This document shows, in pieces, positions 17,956 through 27,914 of a DNA stretch of 64,000 nt. Positions within the stretch are counted from its first letter, which is position 1, and each line of letters begins with the position of its first letter. Source of the DNA: a virus; the IMG/VR virus record IMGVR_UViG_3300025141_017118, positions 38,121 through 102,120 of that record; one strand, 5' to 3'. The position numbers and the translations under genes are program-made. Below the pieces are notes generated by a model. The model ran no database searches. It was not told the origin of the DNA and worked only from the letters and a program-made list of their open reading frames with translations.

Positions 17956-19939
17956 CGAGATCATTCTCCAAAACAATATCGAGTGACATTACTGTCTCCT
18001 CTTTCTCTTCCGATAACAAGCCGTCCTTTTTAATACTTATGGCATTCGACAAGTTATTTAAAATTGTTTGGACTTCATTTGTCATCTTTGTGTTGGTGTC
18101 TATTTTCTTATCCAAGAAATCATCCATAAATGCCTCACTATTTTCGCCTAAAGGGTTGTTAAAGAAATCTTTATCAAAAGGACGATTTAGCGTGTCCTGT
18201 GTTCGTGCACGCTTGCCCACTGCTGTCATTTTTGCAAAATCCGGCATATGAGTTTTTGAAGCACCAGCAGTAGTTGTGCGGCGCTTCTCTATTGGTTCAT
18301 TGAAAACATTTCGAATTTGATTATGTGCCTTTTGAGGGGCATCATCATCGTTCATTGACATTGCGGGAATCTCATCTAGATCATCTAGATCCTCCAGCCC
18401 CTCACCTGAATCGCTTGTTCCGGGTAAGGCTGTCAACAGCTTTTCTTCATCCTTTATGTCGGCCGCAAATAGACCACCTTCCTCATCTCCACCGGCTTCA
18501 TCTCCTCCGGTGTCACCAGCAGCGGGCTCAGCAGCTGCCGTTGCCTCAGTTGCTGCCGTTTCCAGCTCAGCGTCGCGGACCTTGTCTTCTTCCTTGCCTT
18601 TCTCAATCTCTTCTATATCATAGTTGGTAAGTCCCATTACATTCTTTCGAATCCATCGACGATCAACTAGACCTTCTGGGGCAGTACCTGCAATTTCAAA
18701 CTTGGTACGTATTAACTCAAGCTTTTGTTGCTGTGCGATTGATGAAGGGTTAGATAGTTTAAGATCAAAATCGACCAAATCATCACCCTCATAGCCATGA
18801 CAAAATAAATGAATCATAGCTAGTTTATTAAGCTCAGCAATCACGGTCTTTTGAATTCGTTGAATCGTTCTAGAAAAGCGAATATCCTCCTGTGCAAGAG
18901 TTGCCTTAGCACCGACCTCTTCATCATATCCCAGATATGCTCTAGGTATCTTTAGGGCCGCGAAGAGCTTTTTTTGGATATACTCTACATCTTCTATGGC
19001 AGCCGTATTCTGGCCACCTGCTAGAGTATCAATCCTGGTTCCAGACTCGCCGCCACGTACTGGTAAAAAATAATCTTCATCAACAGACAACGGGTTGTAT
19101 CTTAAATCTACCTGGCCTGTTGATTTATCAATTACCTGGTTTCTTTTTAGTGATGTCTGTGCTTGCTCAAGGTATTCGCCCACGTTTTCCGGAGGAACAT
19201 TTCCTACATCAATATAAAATACCCTACGCTCAGGCGCGCGGATTACGCGATAGACCAGCATCGCATCTTCTATTAAAATAAGCTGGCGCCAAATTCTCCT
19301 CGAAGACTCTAGTACTGACGATCCGTATGGTAGGAATGCATCATTACCTAAGAGCCTAAAGTGGGATATTTGCCAGTTTTCTAAGACTGTATTTCCCTGT
19401 GTGAGCCACCTAAATCGCACGGCAGACGGATTGTTAGGATCAAAGCCCTCTTCACGCTCTATCTCTGAAATTGCTATAGGAAATGCGTTGATGACTCCGT
19501 ACTCCGGAGAAACATCATTGAACAGAAAGAAGTCACCATACTTGCATAAGTTTCTTATCCACATGCATAAATTAAACTCGATGTTTAAAGTATCATAAAA
19601 AAGTTCATCTAATATCTCCTGGACCATCCTATTCTCAGAATAAATGTGTAACATCCTACCCCGATCATCCGGGGATGCAGTCTCTTCCGCATATATGTCT
19701 AATGCAGACGCAATCTCCGGTGTGGCCTCCATTTCACTAAAGTCACTGTATCGTGACATTCTATCGAATGCACCGTATGCGCTTAACGTACTATTGTAAA
19801 CGTCACTATGCGCCCTTCTAAATATTTCCAGGGCGGTGGATGCCATTGGTTCATTAAAGTTTCTAACTTTTCTTTTAACGATTGGGCCTGCCCTGAATAA
19901 CTGGGTCAGTCTCTGAAATAGTGATTGTTTTCTAGCCAT
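17948..19939 (-). CDS. Portal protein (T4 gp20-like) with acidic C-terminal extension
   Basis: LIEDAMLVYRVIRAPERRVFYIDVGNVP, EDYFLPVRGG..GTRIDTLAGG, DVEYIQKKLFAALKIP. Confidence 0.96.
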   Translation of the reverse strand: MARKQSLFQRLTQLFRAGPIVKRKVRNFNEPMASTALEIFRRAHSDVYNSTLSAYGAFDRMSRYSDFSEMEATPEIASALDIYAEETASPDDRGRMLHIYSENRMVQEILDELFYDTLNIEFNLCMWIRNLCKYGDFFLFNDVSPEYGVINAFPIAISEIEREEGFDPNNPSAVRFRWLTQGNTVLENWQISHFRLLGNDAFLPYGSSVLESSRRIWRQLILIEDAMLVYRVIRAPERRVFYIDVGNVPPENVGEYLEQAQTSLKRNQVIDKSTGQVDLRYNPLSVDEDYFLPVRGGESGTRIDTLAGGQNTAAIEDVEYIQKKLFAALKIPRAYLGYDEEVGAKATLAQEDIRFSRTIQRIQKTVIAELNKLAMIHLFCHGYEGDDLVDFDLKLSNPSSIAQQQKLELIRTKFEIAGTAPEGLVDRRWIRKNVMGLTNYDIEEIEKGKEEDKVRDAELETAATEATAAAEPAAGDTGGDEAGGDEEGGLFAADIKDEEKLLTALPGTSDSGEGLEDLDDLDEIPAMSMNDDDAPQKAHNQIRNVFNEPIEKRRTTTAGASKTHMPDFAKMTAVGKRARTQDTLNRPFDKDFFNNPLGENSEAFMDDFLDKKIDTNTKMTNEVQTILNNLSNAISIKKDGLLSEEKEETVMSLDIVLENDLDE

Positions 19940-19997
19940 CTTTAACCTTTTCGTGCTCTTAATATCATTTTAATTAAATTCATAATTTTGAATTGTA

Positions 19998-21335
19998 CTA
20001 TATTTCCGCCGCATGTGTATTATATCCTTTTGATCGGAGGAATTTCGCCAGTGAGTGTGTTTGACCCTCTTTTGTTAACGGTATCGGTACCTTATAATAT
20101 AATATCGTACGTGCGTGGTGGAAAAGCGCAGTGCGCGACTTTCGCGGGCTTATAGGACACGCCACGGGCATGCCCTCACCCTCTGCTATCACGGTCAAGT
20201 CAGGTAGAAACATAAATTCCTCAAAAAAATTATCGTCCCATGGTACACGGTCCATGCGGAGGAGATGGAACGGGCGTGGCCAATCAGGCCATTGCCTCTT
20301 AAACGTTGTCTTCCCGTTTTCAGTTTTTAACTCAACACAACATGCGGTTCCCCTAAATATAAATTTTTGATCATCAACAGCATCACGAAAGTATCCTGTG
20401 CCGTGTTGATAGTCAAAATACCGGCGATTCAAAGTATAAAATGATGTAGATATGCGGTGAATCTCCTTATGGTATAGCCCTATAGAAGCTGGTGACATTT
20501 CTGCCAGCGAATGAATGTTAATGACGATATCGATCGCCTTTGATTCTATCTTAGGGATATCATGGGCGCCTATAAACCAGACCCCGGGATTATCATCACC
20601 GGTGGCCAGTAATGTATCTTTGTCTATCGTGTCCAGATCCCTATTGTCCATATAGCTGTGTATCTTCTCACCAGGTAAGGTTTTAGGTAAGTAATTACTA
20701 GAAACAACTAAAGACTCAGGAAGATCACACGCCACATAACAGATCAGCGGATTGGCTTTCTTTAATATGTATCCCATTCTACCCCATCCCGAACCTAGGT
20801 CTAATACCGTAGTTCGCTCAGATAATATATGAGGAGCACATCCTATAATTGACAGCACACTCCACATTGATAAGACGTGATCCCATGTTAATAAAACACC
20901 CTTGTACTTAAAAGAATCGGTTGTTGGGTATGCATCAATTTGTGTTACAGTGTCAGCATGTGGTAGTGTACAACACAAGTCGTACAATGACATTACTGAT
21001 TTTTTCCAAGCAGGTGTGTTAGGCTTATCCGTGAGTATACCTTCACGGAGGGACTGATATTGTTTAACCTTATAAATAGAGTCAACCAGGTTTTTGTAAT
21101 AAATGTTATAAACATCGGAGCTTGAGGGTCGCATCGAATAATGTGAATTAATGTTCAACGAGGGGACATCAACAATTTGTTGTGGCGTCATATTTTCAAT
21201 ATAAGGTTTTATCTTTTCCGTAGGTGACCACTGATCGTTGCGAAAGGGTTCTCTTGCGTTTAGGGCATCGGCCTTCATAGTGGTATAGAGCTCCATGATG
21301 CTACTCTTACCTATCTCGTCACGCATGCGTCTCAC
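19998..21335 (-). CDS. Putative sugar O-methyltransferase (NanM-like, class I SAM-dependent)
   Basis: VLDLGSGWGRMGY (SAM motif I), YVACDLPESLVVSSNYL and IDIVINIHSLAEM, the pattern of the NanM-like 'putative sugar O-methyltransferase' family. Confidence 0.7.
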   Translation of the reverse strand: MRRMRDEIGKSSIMELYTTMKADALNAREPFRNDQWSPTEKIKPYIENMTPQQIVDVPSLNINSHYSMRPSSSDVYNIYYKNLVDSIYKVKQYQSLREGILTDKPNTPAWKKSVMSLYDLCCTLPHADTVTQIDAYPTTDSFKYKGVLLTWDHVLSMWSVLSIIGCAPHILSERTTVLDLGSGWGRMGYILKKANPLICYVACDLPESLVVSSNYLPKTLPGEKIHSYMDNRDLDTIDKDTLLATGDDNPGVWFIGAHDIPKIESKAIDIVINIHSLAEMSPASIGLYHKEIHRISTSFYTLNRRYFDYQHGTGYFRDAVDDQKFIFRGTACCVELKTENGKTTFKRQWPDWPRPFHLLRMDRVPWDDNFFEEFMFLPDLTVIAEGEGMPVACPISPRKSRTALFHHARTILYYKVPIPLTKEGQTHSLAKFLRSKGYNTHAAEI

Positions 21336-21453
21336 CTCACCACACTATAAATGTATTTACAAGTATATTTCGCCAGCATGTTTTTTATACTGAAAACTTG
21401 GAGAAAGTTTAAACAAGAGTTATAGGGACCAGCCGGTATTACCATAATATAAT

Positions 21454-23052
21454 TTAAAGCAGCCATGACATATCACCATAAACTGGATGAATTGAACCTG
21501 ACGTTTCAGGTAAACTATTCATGACGATTGGTCGCCGGGGATCCATTCGCCTATGAACAAATGGACTGCGAGGTGATATATTGTCATTTTTGTTATTAAC
21601 CCCAAACCCATCTAGCATAGCCTTATTAAGATCTGAGGTATTCTTACTATAGTAGACATTCGTGTCATATAACCACACACCTATCGCCAACGCCATAACT
21701 AGATCATCATTTTTACCTTTCATTGCCTGGGCCTTAGAACCCTTCCAAATAAATGTTTTCATCTCTTCGTAAAGGCGTGATGAATAAAGCTTAATCTGTT
21801 TGTTTCTAATTACCTCTTCCAATTTTGTCAATATCTGATTTCTGCTTTGGCCAGAAGTTGTAAACCCGATTTTGTGTAAATTAGAGTCTGAGGTGTACAT
21901 GCTGGCAAACTTGTCCTTGGGGTTTTTGTAATAAAGGTTCGGATAGTTCAGTTCTGATAGTTTCATCACAACAGCGTAGCCGTACGTATTATTTTCCGGA
22001 CATAATAATGCATTATTGTATCTTTTGGCCGCCTCATTTAATAGTATTGCAAATTGATCCGGGGGTACTTTTCCCTTATACTCTGCGACGACCTCCGACT
22101 CATTAACATCTATTACATGAAATGTTGAATAATCAGCAGCATCACCCCTTGCAACATCAGCCGATATTACATAGTCATGCTCAGTGAGTGAGTATTTCCA
22201 CACCCACACACCCATGTCAGGACCCCATCGTTCTAGAGGTTGACGAACTGATGTCCTTATAAAATCTAAATCCTCTGCACCTAGATAGGTCTCTCCAGAA
22301 GCGGCAAAATCGCACAAGAGCTCTTGTGCGATTTGCTTTTGGCTCATATTCTTAGTTTCAGTCTCAAACCACTCGTCATCTCTCTCCGGATGTACGTCCC
22401 AAGGAAGCTTTATAGGATTAAACTCATTCTCGCCAGCTTCGGCTTTTACATATAGATCATAGTATTGGCCACCGACACCATTAGGGGTTGAAAGCACGAT
22501 GGCGCGACCACCTGTTGACAGCGTAGGATAGAGGCCCATCCACAACTCATCAAAGTTTCTGACAAATGCGGCCTCATCGACGATTAGTAATGTTAGAGCT
22601 TCTGAACGACCTGCATCATCCGAAGTAGGAATAGCCTTGATTTGAGAACCATTGCTGAATTCTATACTTTGCTTATTATTTGAAACAATTTCAGGAAGAA
22701 TAATCCACGGAGGCAAGTTCCTTAGAGCAACTTTCACTTTTTTAATAAAATTCATTGCAACGCTGAGCTTTGTTGCAATAACTAAGACATTTTTATCTTT
22801 ATAAAAAATTGTTTGCCAGACGGCATATGCAGCGCTTAACGTTGATATCCCTAGCTGCCTGGACTTTAAGATAATATTAAAGCGATTCTCAACGAATTGT
22901 TCCACACATTCATCTTGAAACTTGTATGTGTCAAATGACACGAGGCCCTTAGTTGGATGTTGAATCTTTACGTACTTATTTAAAAAATAGGTTGGATCCT
23001 TACCACACTTTACTATTTCTTTTATCTGTCGTTGTTTGTTGTTGGGTGCCAT
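21454..23052 (-). CDS. terL: Terminase large subunit (T4 gp17-like)
   Basis: Walker A ILKSRQLGIST, Walker B LLIVDEAAF, STPNG, nuclease ISADVARG and DDLVMA. Confidence 0.96.
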   Translation of the reverse strand: MAPNNKQRQIKEIVKCGKDPTYFLNKYVKIQHPTKGLVSFDTYKFQDECVEQFVENRFNIILKSRQLGISTLSAAYAVWQTIFYKDKNVLVIATKLSVAMNFIKKVKVALRNLPPWIILPEIVSNNKQSIEFSNGSQIKAIPTSDDAGRSEALTLLIVDEAAFVRNFDELWMGLYPTLSTGGRAIVLSTPNGVGGQYYDLYVKAEAGENEFNPIKLPWDVHPERDDEWFETETKNMSQKQIAQELLCDFAASGETYLGAEDLDFIRTSVRQPLERWGPDMGVWVWKYSLTEHDYVISADVARGDAADYSTFHVIDVNESEVVAEYKGKVPPDQFAILLNEAAKRYNNALLCPENNTYGYAVVMKLSELNYPNLYYKNPKDKFASMYTSDSNLHKIGFTTSGQSRNQILTKLEEVIRNKQIKLYSSRLYEEMKTFIWKGSKAQAMKGKNDDLVMALAIGVWLYDTNVYYSKNTSDLNKAMLDGFGVNNKNDNISPRSPFVHRRMDPRRPIVMNSLPETSGSIHPVYGDMSWLL

Positions 23053-23426
23053 TAAACATCAACTTGCACATCCACAAAACGTCGATAGCATGCAATCTTT
23101 CGAGGTGAATTTGACGTGGCCTGTACTAACTCTAAATCATCTCTTGATGAAAGCTCATTAATTTTTAATGTGTTATCTGTTATGTCACGAAAGTCTTTCT
23201 TTAAATTGCTAAGTTTATTTTTTAGTCTCGCAATAGACTCTTCGGCAACAAGGTTGACCTGATCTCTCATACTTCTTTCGCACGCAAAATAAACCATGGT
23301 ACTAAATTTTAACGAAAGAACGTCACCCTGTAGTGTGCCTGTTACGGTCGAAGTTCCTCCGCCACTTTTTCCAAACGTTGTGTTTAAAAGATTCCCTAAT
23401 ATGTTAACGTCATTTGTGCTTAGCAT
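23052..23426 (-). CDS. Hypothetical protein, translationally coupled to terminase
   Basis: AAGGAG SD; its stop overlaps the terminase ATG (TAATG). Confidence 0.65.
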   Translation of the reverse strand: MLSTNDVNILGNLLNTTFGKSGGGTSTVTGTLQGDVLSLKFSTMVYFACERSMRDQVNLVAEESIARLKNKLSNLKKDFRDITDNTLKINELSSRDDLELVQATSNSPRKIACYRRFVDVQVDV

Positions 23427-23447
23427 TTATTGCTCCTTACTGGTATA

Positions 23448-23455
23448 ATAATTAT
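23448..23455 (-). promoter_or_regulatory. Candidate late promoter element (ATAATTAT)
   Basis: Recurring motif ~22 nt upstream of the unit leading into terminase. Confidence 0.4.
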
Positions 23456-23463
23456 GCCTATCT

Positions 23464-23763
23464 TTATATATCTGCTATATAGCTGTACTGTTCTTTTCTC
23501 TTTTTGACTAAAGTATCAATCCGTTCCTGAGCCGGCCGCCAGCCCTCTTTCCATTTCTCACGGTTGGGCTCGGCAAAATATGATGAACAAATTGAACAAC
23601 ACCCAAACTCTCTAAACTTAATTATATCTCCCTGATCCCTCATTAAATACTCACATATAGGGCAGCACAGAGGTACTGGATATTCGCTTACTGCGGGTGA
23701 TACGATAAAAATGTCTTTCTTTTTTACCACTACTCTTTTGTCATTGCTGTCTTCTTTATTCAT
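23464..23763 (-). CDS. Small putative zinc-finger protein
   Basis: CPIC...CSIC cysteine pairs; overlaps the SbcDC stop. Confidence 0.6.
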   Translation of the reverse strand: MNKEDSNDKRVVVKKKDIFIVSPAVSEYPVPLCCPICEYLMRDQGDIIKFREFGCCSICSSYFAEPNREKWKEGWRPAQERIDTLVKKRKEQYSYIADI

Positions 23764-26700
23764 AAAGCACCCTAGTGTCAGTTTTTACTTTTGTAATATC
23801 TAGTACGTTATCAACGGCATCTTTTACGGCATCAACATGTGAAATTACCAATATATTTTTAAACCAGCGTTTTAGTGACCTAAGCAGACGGTTACACGCC
23901 TCAACGTTCATTTCATCCAAAGCACCAAATCCCTCATCGATCACCAGCAAGTCAGTTTTTGGTAGGGATGATATATTAATTAGCGCCACCCGGATTGCTA
24001 ATGAAGCAATCATTTTCTCCATTCCCGAACCACATTCTATTATTCGCCGAGAATCACCATAATTTATATAGATGTCCATCGCATTTGTGGATGGATCTCC
24101 TTCTAGTTCCACAGTAAACCCTACAACGTCCTGAAGAATTTTTGATATTTCACTATTGATGACAGGTAATTGATTTGTCATTATCTGGAGGGGGATCCCC
24201 TTTTTTGAGACTGCATTCATAAAAAGTTCATAAACTCTCCACTTTGACATTAGCCCCTTGTATTTGTCTTGTTCCTCTTTAAGCTTTTCAACATCGGACG
24301 TCAATAAGCCAATCGACTCTGATAGTTGCATTCTTCTGGAGTCTAGCTTATTAATTTTGTCTGTTAACTCGTTAATAACGCATTTTAATTCATTAATCTC
24401 ATGTGCATCATCGTCCGATGATACCCTAGTCGACATGTCATTTAACGTTATAATACCATCATCAATATTTTTTAAAAGCGTTGATGATCCTGTTTGTAGT
24501 TCATGTAATGAAACCGCGTGTTCCGATTGTTCAATTCTCAACTGTGCTTGCTGAGCTAGTATATCATCATATTTTGTAATCTTTACCTGGAGATTTTCTA
24601 GTGCGTATTTCTTAAGTGACCCTTTTGTGACTTTTACACTTTCAGATATTGTTGAAATTAGCTCCGCCTGGGATTCAAGTAGCTTTTTATTTTTGTGTGA
24701 ATCTTCAATAAACTTGCATGTGGGAAACATATCCCCACATGGCACATCCTGTAATTTTTTTACAGACTTTTGCTGGTTCTTTAAAAGCGTACGCTCCTTC
24801 TCTAGACTATGTTGTAAGTTAACCAGTGATCTTTCTAGATTTTGTTGTTCTTCAAGCTGCATCTTTAAATCATCAATGGGAAACTGATTTTTAAGATCTT
24901 TAATCTTACTAAGTTTAAGACTTATTTCGTTAGCTTCACTTTCTTTCTCTGCTATCTTTTTTAAAAGCTTTTTTCTCTCAAACTGCGCTGATTCTATCTT
25001 TTCCTTATGGCGATCAATGTCGGCATCGGTAATGAGATCCTTGTTTTTGTTGGTCGCTAGTGAGATGTTAAGCTCTTGTAGCCGGAGCCGGAACTTACTT
25101 AATGCTGTATCAACCTCGTTTCTATCAATTTCCTTTTGTTTTTGAGATGTTTGTTTCTCTAAGATTGCAACATCCCATTCACGATCAGGAGCATCTTTTA
25201 TTAGTGACTTAATAGATGATGAATTTTCCTTTGCTAGGTTAAATAAACTCTCGAATATATTGAGATCTAAAAAAGATGATAAAATTCGCTTCCTCTCGGT
25301 CGCACGATGCTTTATAAAGGAATTCATCTCTCCCTGGCTAGCCAGGGATGTTAGTAAAAAATCCTCCGACGTACCTACCAACTTCCTAATAACCTTTTCT
25401 GATTCTCGGCGTTGTTCTTCTGATACGTCTTGGATGACATTTCCTTCATCATCCACCCTCAAAACATTTAAGTGGGTTACTGCATGGAGCAATCCCTTTC
25501 TAGTCTCATGTTTGACAGACTGCCTTTCTATCTGGTAATTTTGGCCATTTACACAAATCGTAACTCGCCCTAGACAGTATCCCTTTCGAGAATTGATGAT
25601 GTGTAAATTTTTGATAGGGCCACGATCAGTTGTGTTATAAAGGGTATACATGATGGCACCGGGGATTGATGACTTTCCACTTCGATTTTTCCCAAATATA
25701 CCTGTGATGCCTCCCAGTTTTTGAAAATTAATCCTATTTCCCTTGCCATATGCAAAAATATTATCAAACTCTAGGTTGCGAATAGACCATTTGATATTTC
25801 GTGAGGTATCATCATGTGCCAGCTGAGTCATGCAGTCGGTTGTAAGATCTTCTAACTTCTCCCAAACTTCATCATCTAAATCTAGGTGCTTGTAATAATC
25901 CCTCATTAACTTGATATGTGTTTTTGAGTCCCTTAAATTTTCACTGGCCAGGTTTGTTCCGTCAGTATTTATAAATGATGGAACAAGATCACCTTCATGT
26001 TTATAAACTATCTCACTAGCATTTTTGAACTCTTTAAGGGCTGCATGTAGTTGTTTGATCTCAATCTGGGGTATGGGTGAATGACTTCTTACTCTAAAGC
26101 GTGATCCATCCGGACCGGCTTCGGCATTATCAAGGGTCGATTGAATATCACCGGTCCAGTCAATCGTTATAAAGGGCTTTGTATGTTTAACTTCATAAAA
26201 CGTACTTTTAAAGTTATCCTTGTCCTCAATTTCCCAAAATAAGAACCCCTTTCCCGGGGTCTCACCATAATTCTGTTGTATGGTGGATCCAGGATATGCT
26301 ATTCGCTTATCGGGATCCAGATATTGAAGCTTGTGAATATCACCTAGAAATGCAAAATCATACTCTTTGAAAAACTGGATGTCGATGTCACCCTCGATAT
26401 CCCATTCTATGTCAGTCTTGGATCCCCATACACCTCCATGGTATAATGCAATATTAACTTCACCCGCTGTGGGTTTGACATCTTTCCACCCTTCCTCATC
26501 AAAACAGGAAAATACACACCAGTTATATCCGGGGACTCCCGTAGGGTATGTGCCTGACTTTTTATAAAGATGAAGATTGGGATCATCAATTGCGGCAACT
26601 ATTGGTGATATCGCGTCCTGCCTATCTTTATTCAAGATTAGTCCATCATGGTTACCCAGGATGACATGTGTGGGCGCTATGCTAGCTAATGATGTGAACC

Positions 26701-26896
26701 ACCATCTTAAGACATCAATTAACTCAGGCGATATCCCCTGGGTTTTGGAGTGAACAATATCACCACCTACATAAATCACGTCTGGTTTAAGCTTAACTGC
26801 TTGCTTGAATAAATCCTTGAAGGATTCCCGATATTCATCATGTCTTGTTAAGCCTCTAAAATGTATGTCGGCTATGTGTAAGCATTTAAAATTCAT
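23756..26896 (-). CDS. Fused SbcD/Mre11 nuclease - SbcC/Rad50 ATPase (T4 gp47+gp46-like)
   Basis: N-terminal phosphoesterase motifs HIADIH, GGDIVH, GNHD, LGDIH; then Walker A GKNRSGKSS, long coiled coil, signature GSGMEK, Walker B LLVIDEGFG and H-loop VISH, all in one frame. Confidence 0.93.
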   Translation of the reverse strand: MNFKCLHIADIHFRGLTRHDEYRESFKDLFKQAVKLKPDVIYVGGDIVHSKTQGISPELIDVLRWWFTSLASIAPTHVILGNHDGLILNKDRQDAISPIVAAIDDPNLHLYKKSGTYPTGVPGYNWCVFSCFDEEGWKDVKPTAGEVNIALYHGGVWGSKTDIEWDIEGDIDIQFFKEYDFAFLGDIHKLQYLDPDKRIAYPGSTIQQNYGETPGKGFLFWEIEDKDNFKSTFYEVKHTKPFITIDWTGDIQSTLDNAEAGPDGSRFRVRSHSPIPQIEIKQLHAALKEFKNASEIVYKHEGDLVPSFINTDGTNLASENLRDSKTHIKLMRDYYKHLDLDDEVWEKLEDLTTDCMTQLAHDDTSRNIKWSIRNLEFDNIFAYGKGNRINFQKLGGITGIFGKNRSGKSSIPGAIMYTLYNTTDRGPIKNLHIINSRKGYCLGRVTICVNGQNYQIERQSVKHETRKGLLHAVTHLNVLRVDDEGNVIQDVSEEQRRESEKVIRKLVGTSEDFLLTSLASQGEMNSFIKHRATERKRILSSFLDLNIFESLFNLAKENSSSIKSLIKDAPDREWDVAILEKQTSQKQKEIDRNEVDTALSKFRLRLQELNISLATNKNKDLITDADIDRHKEKIESAQFERKKLLKKIAEKESEANEISLKLSKIKDLKNQFPIDDLKMQLEEQQNLERSLVNLQHSLEKERTLLKNQQKSVKKLQDVPCGDMFPTCKFIEDSHKNKKLLESQAELISTISESVKVTKGSLKKYALENLQVKITKYDDILAQQAQLRIEQSEHAVSLHELQTGSSTLLKNIDDGIITLNDMSTRVSSDDDAHEINELKCVINELTDKINKLDSRRMQLSESIGLLTSDVEKLKEEQDKYKGLMSKWRVYELFMNAVSKKGIPLQIMTNQLPVINSEISKILQDVVGFTVELEGDPSTNAMDIYINYGDSRRIIECGSGMEKMIASLAIRVALINISSLPKTDLLVIDEGFGALDEMNVEACNRLLRSLKRWFKNILVISHVDAVKDAVDNVLDITKVKTDTRVLYE

Positions 26897-26900
26897 GGTA

Positions 26901-27869
26901 TTATATTAACGATCCACTTTTTATGCCACCAATGAGATGATATAGCCTGTCTTTATCACACCATAGTTGGGAATTCTCTTTTAGCATTTTGAACGTTCCA
27001 CATGGCATCGCACCCACGTCTTCGTATTCATGCTCACCAAGCATACGAACATTAATTCCGTATGAGTATAATAGCTTGGCAATTTTATGACTCTTTATTT
27101 TAACGTCAGAATCGAGCGCCAACAAAACAGGCGTTTGATTTTTAATAATTTTTTTGAATAAAATGTAAGACTCAGTTAAACTAGAGCCTAATAAACATGT
27201 CGAATTATAGTTGGACTTAACTAAATCCATAGGGCCCTCGACCAAAGTAATCTCTTGATTCCATCGTATATTAATTTCATTAAAAATAATATCTTTTTTG
27301 GGTACGGAAGGGTTTAAGTATTTTCTTGTTTGCGTGGCATCTATCGCCCTCGCCACGTAATAATTTAGAGAACCCTCTTCATCGAAAGAAGGTATTATTA
27401 GCCTACGTCGAAATCTTCCAGTAGTACATGTGCCTAACTTAAAATACCACATCTCTTTTTCACTTATGCCTCGAGAACGAGCATAAGAGATCACGGCCTG
27501 CACATCCGGATCAATACCTTGTAGCTGTTGAGATAGCAACGTAAACCCTTTAGGGATCTTCACATCAATGGGTGATGTGTCAGAAGTTATTATAGATTTA
27601 TCAAATTTTTTCCCAAGTATATCATGATGATATTGGGCTAATGATTGTGGAAAAAATTTCTTAAGGATTGATTGTATGCTTCTGCCTCTAAAGTCGCAGA
27701 CCCAACAGTGAAAATGATCATTATCTAGACGAATTACCAGTTTCTTCTTATTGCCAGACTGCTTATTACAGCTTGGGCACTTGAAGGCATAATTTATACC
27801 ATCCCCTGATTTCTGAGGAGTACCCAGGGTCATGCTCAAAAATCTAAGCTTAGCCTTAATAAAATTCAT
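26901..27869 (-). CDS. DNA primase (DnaG/T4 gp61-like)
   Basis: Zn finger CPSC...HCWVC; TOPRIM LVEGPMD and ALDSD. ATG 27869 is preferred to the track's 27905. Confidence 0.88.
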   Translation of the reverse strand: MNFIKAKLRFLSMTLGTPQKSGDGINYAFKCPSCNKQSGNKKKLVIRLDNDHFHCWVCDFRGRSIQSILKKFFPQSLAQYHHDILGKKFDKSIITSDTSPIDVKIPKGFTLLSQQLQGIDPDVQAVISYARSRGISEKEMWYFKLGTCTTGRFRRRLIIPSFDEEGSLNYYVARAIDATQTRKYLNPSVPKKDIIFNEINIRWNQEITLVEGPMDLVKSNYNSTCLLGSSLTESYILFKKIIKNQTPVLLALDSDVKIKSHKIAKLLYSYGINVRMLGEHEYEDVGAMPCGTFKMLKENSQLWCDKDRLYHLIGGIKSGSLI

Positions 27870-27914
27870 CAATTTAAATTTAATTAAAAAGAGCCGAATG
27901 TTCAACTAAAACAT

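Noticed and set aside
21454-26896. Inteins or homing endonucleases in terminase or SbcDC
   Set aside because: Conserved motifs are contiguous, lengths are accounted for, and no intein splice-junction or LAGLIDADG/HNH motifs were seen.
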